Made by a program: the position numbers and the translations under genes. A stretch of 64,000 bases of DNA from Ascoidea asiatica JCM 7603 (taxonomy: Eukaryota; Fungi; Ascomycota): NCBI GenBank assembly GCA_001600695.1, contig BCKQ01000001.1, positions 973,114 through 1,037,113 on the forward strand. The letters are read 5' to 3'. Shown piece after piece: positions 57,368 to 64,000 of the stretch (position 1 is the stretch's first letter; the number at the start of each line of letters is the position of its first letter). Under the pieces are notes generated by a model. The model saw only the letters and a list, made by a program, of their open reading frames with translations, searched no databases and was not told the DNA's origin.

Positions 57368-58932
57368 GTTTTAAAATATTTGATTTTAAGTTTTTTTTTC
57401 TACATTTCTTTTTCTTTTATATGTAATATATCTATTAATTTTTTAATTTTAAATTCATTAAGATTATTGTAGTTTAGTTTCTCCAAGTTATTACGATATT
57501 TTCAAAGTTCAATTTTTTTTATTTGGGGTTACCATCTTTGTTATTAACAAGATGGAACCCTTGAAACCATCTTTACTATGGCCTTTACTTTAAAATGTAC
57601 ACTTTCTTCAGCGTTATGAAAGCACAAAAACAAAAGTGATCTGGGGCGGCGTGGCCAATAATTTAGTGCATTGATGTTCTAATTATGGTCTGTCTAAAAG
57701 CAAGGACGGGTAATGCCTATCCTGAAGGAAGATTTGACCGCGAAAAAGAAGCTTGTTGGCAATGGAGGAGTGCTCTAGATTTCGTGTTTGCGTGTTTGGA
57801 CTTTTCTTTGGTTGTGAAGTTTATTCACTTTCGTGTTGCAGTTTGGAGTTTTCTGTCTGGTGTTTTGGCGTTTGTTTTCGAGTGGTGAAGCGGCAAGAAA
57901 ATATCAATAAAGCTTCAATAAAATAGCTGAACAAAAAACAAGTAACGCCAATGTTGAATATATAAAATATATGAAAATATGAAAATATATAAACAATAAA
58001 CAATGAATAATAAACAAATAAACAATCAACAAATAAAAATATATGCAAAAAAATCAACAACATGAAAATATTCAATTTCCTACTCAGAAATGGTGTTTCA
58101 ATAACCATCTTTATTCTTTGATCCCCAAACTATCTTTCACTACTACTCCAAACAATATCAACTTCACTTTTGGTGTTTCTCTTCAATCAATTAATCATAA
58201 CAATCACAATAATCACAACAAATAAACAAATATATTAAATAATAAACAAATAGTAACCTATTTTTTTATTATTATTATTATTATTTTATTTTCATTTCAT
58301 ACTCTAAATAATAATCACTAACTCTTTCTTCAAATTAGATAGTTCAAAATTCTCAAGTGATAATTTTCAATTATGATAGATTATAATAATACATTATCTA
58401 ATATATTAATATGATATGATAAATATTTTTTTTATCTTTTCTGATCTACTATATTTATTTTAACCAATATAATTTTTTATCCTTTTCATTATTTTTCAAA
58501 TTAATTTATTTATTTACTCACTTGGTTATTATTATTATTATTAATAATTAAAAAAAGTGAAAATAATATTAATCCTAATATTCATGCTTATTTCTCAATT
58601 ATTATAATAGCGCTAAATATCTCTTCTTTTTTTTTCATCTAATATTATAAATCATCTTATTTAACTATCATTGCCCCTTTTAAAAATCATCTTAAGTAAT
58701 TATACTATATTATATAATAAAGCAATCAAAGTTCAACTTTAAAATTTTTTACAATTTCAATAATAAAATTTAATTCAATAATTATAAAAAGTACTAAATC
58801 TCCCTGAAAAACAAAATTTCTTTCCTTTTCATTCTTTTTTTTTTTTTCATTCTTCATATTCCACTCAATCAGTCAATCACTTAATCAATCAATACATCAA
58901 TAAATCATCCAATTGAATAATAAATACATCAA

Positions 58933-61818
58933 ATGAGTAATTCAAATTCTTTAAATGATTACGCATCATCTCCTTTATTAAGCAAAACAAACAATCCTTC
59001 AAGTTCAACTTCCATATTATCTTCAAATGATATTGATCAATCCTTGATTTTATCTACTTCAAATAAAAAACTTCTAATTAAAAACCAAGAAGAGAGTCAA
59101 ATTAAAATTGAACATAAAATTGAACATATAAATGAAAATAAAATTAAAAATGATTTTACAGTTTCTCCTAAATCTCAAAGAATTTTAGATTTAAATAATA
59201 ATTTAAATGATAAACCTCCTTCTTCTTCAAAAATGATTTTAAAAATACTATACTCTTTTAAAAATGATGATTCAAATAATTCAACTGATATAAATAATAA
59301 TAACGACAATTCTATTAATAATATAAATAACAGTAAATCAAAACCAAAACAAAATTCAAATATTAATATAAATATAAATTCAAATTCTTCTTTTTTAACT
59401 AGATCTTCAGAAACTGTGTCTGTAAATTATCAACAATTAAATATATCTGATAATTCTTCAATAACTTTAGGTTTAATAGATATTAAAACTTGTATAGACT
59501 TAATAATAAATTCATCTCCTGAATTTTTTTTTTTATCTTCCGAATCAAATTTAATTCAAGATTATAATATTTATATAAAAGATGTAACTGAACCAAATGA
59601 TCCTTTAGTTGGTATAACTCTTTTATCAAATATTTTTAAAAATTCTATAAATTTAAATAATCAATCAATGATTCCAGGTAAAGTTAAAAATGATTTTACT
59701 TCTTTTCAAAATTCATTTAAAATTCTAAAAACTTTAGAAATCAATTTATTACTTATTAAAATTAAATCAACTATATCTTTAGATAATTTATCTATTTATC
59801 CTAATAATAATATGAATAATAATAGTAATAATACTAATATTAGTAATAATAGTGATAATTATCTTAGAATATGTGATTCAAGTGATAAAAATAACAATAA
59901 TAACCAAATTATTAATGATATTGATAATCTTGATAACTTTGATATAAATAATTTAGCTGATTTTGATTTTGATAATTTAACAGAAAATACTAATAGTAAT
60001 ACCAATGCTAATATTACCGCTAATAATAATAATAATAATGATAATAATGATTATAAAGAGCTTTTTAATGGAATCATAGATAATATAGATTTAAATGATA
60101 TTGAAACTTTAATCGGAGATACTCCAAATTGTAATATAAATGATGATATATCTGATTTAAAAACTGATTTAATAGCAAATGTTAATAATTATAATGATCA
60201 ATACAATGATATAGATAATTTCGATGATAATGATAATGATAATGATAACGATAATGATCAAGATAATGATAATGACAATGATAATAATGTTGATGATCAT
60301 GAATTTGAAATACCTTCAATAATATCAAGATTACCTAAATTATCTTTTTCAAATTCTTATTCTTCTAAACATTTACCAAAAAAATTTGAAAATAAATCAT
60401 CACATATTTTACAATCGAATTTTTTAAATTTTAAACCAAATATTAATTTAGCATATTTAACTTCATCACCAATAAAACCACATAATATAACTACTATCAA
60501 TAAAATCACCAAAAATAATTGTAATAATAACAATAATTCAAAGGATAAAAAACAAGTGGTAAAATCTAAACGAATAACAGATCCTACACCAGCTCCAAAA
60601 GCTATAAGAACTCAATCATTACCTGTTTTTGAATCCTCTTATAATCCTTTATCCTTCTATCCTCCAAATTCAATTGCCAGAAGATTAAAAGAGGCAGATT
60701 TAAACAAGTCTAAAAATAGTGTCAATGGTATGAATTCATTAAATGAAAAACTAAATGCTGCAAGAAACCCTTCAGTTAAACAAAACAATAATAATGGATC
60801 TAGTTTATCTTCTGGAATTAACTTTGATCTATTAAAAAATACTCGAAGGAGACCTAATAAAAAGAAAATCAATTCAAAAGAAACTCATATCAATAATAGT
60901 CATATAAATAATAGTAATAGTAATAGTACTAGTAATAATAATAATAAAATTACTATTAATAGTACTTCATTAAAAGATTTTATAATAAAAGAAGATGTTG
61001 AATTTGAACCTCAACCTGATTTACCAACTTGTTTTCATTGCCAAACTTTCAACTCTAAACTATGGAGATGGTTTTCTGGGGATAATGCACTAGAGATTAG
61101 TGAAACTGGATTAATTTGTGAGATTTGCCATAATTACTTACAAGATTATAGCAGACTTAGACCTATACCAAAAACATTCAGTAATAAAAAGAAAAGGAAA
61201 AATTCAAATTTAGGAGAAACTAAAAAAAAGAAAAAGAAAAATAATGATAAAAAACAAAAGAATTGTAACATTGAACTAAATTCATCTCCTATTGCAAGTT
61301 CTGATCATAGTAAAGAGAATATTCAAGATTTATTAATGAAACGATCACCAATTCGAAAACGAAAATATTATAGTGGTAATCAAAATAATTCCTCCCCTCA
61401 TAAAACTATTTTAGACGAAATATCTCCAAGCAAGTTAAATTCCACAAATAATTTTAATAGAAACAATAATAATCAAATTATAAGATCACCGATGAAAATT
61501 AACTTTAGTGCAAATCTCGATTTGATAAAAGAATTTAATTCTGTTTCTGCCTTAAAACCAGATTCAACTTCACATTCAACTTCAAATTCTGGAAATGAAA
61601 ATATTTCAAATTCAGATAATGATAGCTATTACGGAAATGAAAATAATAATGAACCTGAAGCAATTAATGTACATAATGCAAAATCAACAGCTAATATAAG
61701 TAAGTTGAATTCTGAATTTAGCAATCAGTTTGAAGAAATCTTCGATTTCAATAATTTGGATTATTCGCCATTAACGGATATTGATCCTGTAGATAAATAC
61801 ACAAATGATCTGGATTAA
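58933..61818 (+). CDS. SPT21: Spt21/Ams2-family histone-gene regulator with GATA-like Cys4 finger
   Basis: N-terminal domain blocks LKILYSF, FLTRS, LGLIDIKTCI..I..SSPE and DYNIY.KDVTEPNDPLVG; A.RTQSLP motif; CFHC-x25-CEIC finger containing WR. Confidence 0.75.
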   Translation: MSNSNSLNDYASSPLLSKTNNPSSSTSILSSNDIDQSLILSTSNKKLLIKNQEESQIKIEHKIEHINENKIKNDFTVSPKSQRILDLNNNLNDKPPSSSKMILKILYSFKNDDSNNSTDINNNNDNSINNINNSKSKPKQNSNINININSNSSFLTRSSETVSVNYQQLNISDNSSITLGLIDIKTCIDLIINSSPEFFFLSSESNLIQDYNIYIKDVTEPNDPLVGITLLSNIFKNSINLNNQSMIPGKVKNDFTSFQNSFKILKTLEINLLLIKIKSTISLDNLSIYPNNNMNNNSNNTNISNNSDNYLRICDSSDKNNNNNQIINDIDNLDNFDINNLADFDFDNLTENTNSNTNANITANNNNNNDNNDYKELFNGIIDNIDLNDIETLIGDTPNCNINDDISDLKTDLIANVNNYNDQYNDIDNFDDNDNDNDNDNDQDNDNDNDNNVDDHEFEIPSIISRLPKLSFSNSYSSKHLPKKFENKSSHILQSNFLNFKPNINLAYLTSSPIKPHNITTINKITKNNCNNNNNSKDKKQVVKSKRITDPTPAPKAIRTQSLPVFESSYNPLSFYPPNSIARRLKEADLNKSKNSVNGMNSLNEKLNAARNPSVKQNNNNGSSLSSGINFDLLKNTRRRPNKKKINSKETHINNSHINNSNSNSTSNNNNKITINSTSLKDFIIKEDVEFEPQPDLPTCFHCQTFNSKLWRWFSGDNALEISETGLICEICHNYLQDYSRLRPIPKTFSNKKKRKNSNLGETKKKKKKNNDKKQKNCNIELNSSPIASSDHSKENIQDLLMKRSPIRKRKYYSGNQNNSSPHKTILDEISPSKLNSTNNFNRNNNNQIIRSPMKINFSANLDLIKEFNSVSALKPDSTSHSTSNSGNENISNSDNDSYYGNENNNEPEAINVHNAKSTANISKLNSEFSNQFEEIFDFNNLDYSPLTDIDPVDKYTNDLD

Positions 61819-62328
61819 TTACATTTATTTTTGTTTTCAAAAGTTTCACCTTTTTTTTTTTTTTTCATTTTCAGTTCTAACTCATTTTGCTTTTTTGCAT
61901 AAAAACAGATGATTTTATTTATGTTGATAATAAAACAACATATTTTATTATATAGCCTTTAATTTATAGAATTCCAAGCATAGATGCATTTTTAATAATA
62001 TCATAATGATACACATAACAATCTAATAAAATACAATTTTAATAAATTCAATTTTAAGTGATAAATGCTCTTTGTAACGAGTAAACTCAAAAATATTCTT
62101 CACGTTCTAAAATGTGACGGATTTTATTTATTGGATCCAATCCACTGGCTCTGATGGACAAAAAAAAATTTTGAAACTTTTGTATGCGATTTAATGAAAG
62201 TAGATAAATTTGGGAAATAAAATAACTTTATATTTTCAAGCCTGAAATTTTTGAGATACTGACACTAGAATAATACAAATTTGAAAATCAAAAAGGGAAT
62301 TCATGAACTGATACTTAAAGATTTCAAA

Positions 62329-64000
62329 ATGGGATATAAAGAAAAGCATTCTATTAGTATACCAGGATCTATACTTGATAGGATCACTGATAAAGGTGTT
62401 CATGGAGATTATGCTGGAGACAAAAGATTTTCTAAAATAGACAAAAAGTTCAAAAAGAGTAATGAAGGTTTATCAAGAAAAGAGAAAAGAAAAAAGTCAA
62501 GAATTTCTAAGAAAAAAACCTCAATAAGAACAAAAGAAGCTTATAAAAGAACTTTAACTGAAAAAATAAACAAAAAAAAAAACAAAAATTCAGACCCAGT
62601 TAAGAAAAAAGTTTCTTTTCAACTTCCAAATAATGATAAAGAAGCTATAGTGAAAAATACAGATCAAAATTTGGATAATGATATGATTTCCGATGAAGAT
62701 TTTGGGGAAGAGTCTGATGATGATTTCGACGAAGAATTAAATGAATCAGAGGACATGACTGAAGAAGATACAATAAATGCTCTAATAGCAATGAAAGCTA
62801 AAAAAAATAAAGATAAAGAGAAAGCTAAAGACAAGGAGGGCTCAACTAAAGATAAACCAAAATCAGAGAGGATTATTTCTGACTATGACAGAGAGATGAT
62901 GGAACGAGATGAAATGGATATGAAGTATTATGCAAAAAAACTCAAATTAAAAAATATGAAATTGAATAAACTTGAAGAAGATGATGGATTTGATGATTTA
63001 TTAAATGGTTTAGATCTTGATTTTGGTACACTACCTAATAAATCTGATGAAGACAATTTAAGTGATAATGAACAATTTAATGAAGATAATTCCTATGGAT
63101 CAGACGAGGATAGTGATAATGAAAACAATGATGATGATTCTGATCAGGGGAAAAGGTTACCTAAAGAACGTGAAAATCCATATGCTGCACCAGCACCAAG
63201 TCATACTTCAGCCGATGTATCAGAACCTACTCCAGCAAAAGGAAAATATATTCCACCAGCTCTCCGTAGAAAAATGCAGGCTGCTGAAAATAAATCGGAA
63301 GAAGAAATAAAACTTCTGAGATCTATAAAAGGTTATGTTAATAAATTATCGGAAACCAATATGCTTCGAATTGCAAGTGATATTAATTCCCTATATATGC
63401 AAACTCCAAGAGCTTTAGTTAATGAAATTTTGTCTAACATTTTGCTAGAAAGTATTCTTTTCCAACCAGTTAATTTATTAGATACTTTTGTCGTTCTTCA
63501 TGCTGGATTGACTTTATGCATTTTTAAATTGCAAGGTATAGAATTCTTAGCTAATTTTGTTCAAGCACTTATCTCAAAATTTATATCTTTTTATGAAAAA
63601 CATGATCAAAAGAGTAAAGAAGCAAGTAATTTATTGTCGTTATTAGTTTCTTGTTATTCTTTTCAATTTGTTAACTGTAAATTGATCTACGATATAATCA
63701 GAAAGTTAATCAATGATTTCGACAAAGAAAATCTTGAATATAACGTTGAATTACTTTTAAGATTAATAAGAAATGCAGGTTTACAACTAAGAAATGATGA
63801 TCAGTCAGCCTTAAAAGAAATATCAATTCTTATTCATGAAAAAATAACAAGTTTCAAAATCGAAACATCTCCTAGAACCAAATTTTTTTTAGATACTATT
63901 CAAAATTTGAAAAACAATAAACTTAGAGAGTATAAGAACAATGAATCAACTAATAAAATGATAACAAATTTGAAAAAATTAATAGGTAATGGAGTCAAAT
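62329..64000 (+). CDS. SGD1: Nucleolar MIF4G-domain protein Sgd1/NOM1, 3' end runs off the window
   Basis: Missing from the ORF track because it is truncated. ATG at 62329 gives MGYKEKHSISIPGSILD; later YYAKKL, DDGFDDLL, ENPY, GKYIPPALRRK, KGYVNKLSETN and G.QLRNDD..ALK. Confidence 0.9.
   Translation, partial: MGYKEKHSISIPGSILDRITDKGVHGDYAGDKRFSKIDKKFKKSNEGLSRKEKRKKSRISKKKTSIRTKEAYKRTLTEKINKKKNKNSDPVKKKVSFQLPNNDKEAIVKNTDQNLDNDMISDEDFGEESDDDFDEELNESEDMTEEDTINALIAMKAKKNKDKEKAKDKEGSTKDKPKSERIISDYDREMMERDEMDMKYYAKKLKLKNMKLNKLEEDDGFDDLLNGLDLDFGTLPNKSDEDNLSDNEQFNEDNSYGSDEDSDNENNDDDSDQGKRLPKERENPYAAPAPSHTSADVSEPTPAKGKYIPPALRRKMQAAENKSEEEIKLLRSIKGYVNKLSETNMLRIASDINSLYMQTPRALVNEILSNILLESILFQPVNLLDTFVVLHAGLTLCIFKLQGIEFLANFVQALISKFISFYEKHDQKSKEASNLLSLLVSCYSFQFVNCKLIYDIIRKLINDFDKENLEYNVELLLRLIRNAGLQLRNDDQSALKEISILIHEKITSFKIETSPRTKFFLDTIQNLKNNKLREYKNNESTNKMITNLKKLIGNGVK

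Noticed and set aside
4276-63310. Many short antisense or alternate-frame ORFs in the track (e.g. 12689-13282, 42933-43478, 38947-39297, 63062-63310)
   Set aside because: Shadows of real AT-rich, low-complexity CDSs; their L/I/F/S-rich translations are reverse complements or frameshifts of N/K/E/D codons.

Overview
AT-rich genomic segment of a budding yeast (Saccharomycotina). Evidence: yeast-type H3/H4, AUR1, intron-poor genes with TACTAAC-type branch points, and a complex I subunit (NDUFA5), which excludes the complex-I-less Saccharomycetaceae. The low GC and pervasive poly-Asn tracts are reminiscent of Ascoidea-like yeasts, but that is inference only. About 25 protein genes are present, mostly housekeeping: a partial formate/nitrite-family channel, the H4-H3 pair, two TFIIIC subunits (Tfc7-like and Tfc3), stomatin, AUR1, an Sso syntaxin, GPI15, SSA Hsp70, VPS16/ELC1, a TBC Rab-GAP, ARP1, NOP15, spliced calmodulin, RRP42, spliced SSF1, a DIP5-like permease, NDUFA5, an Spt21/Ams2-like factor and partial SGD1. 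The ORF track misses or does not explain four things: (i) two near-identical intron-containing U3 snoRNA genes 48.9 kb apart; (ii) an anonymous ORF that reads as a short DBD+OB4 Cdc13 telomere protein; (iii) an unusual calmodulin intron end in which a proximal TAG|GT must be skipped or re-spliced; (iv) 10-bp-phased heat-shock-element arrays upstream of Hsp70. I found no transposon, tRNA, rRNA or CRISPR array, and nothing I can defend as a wholly new multi-gene system.
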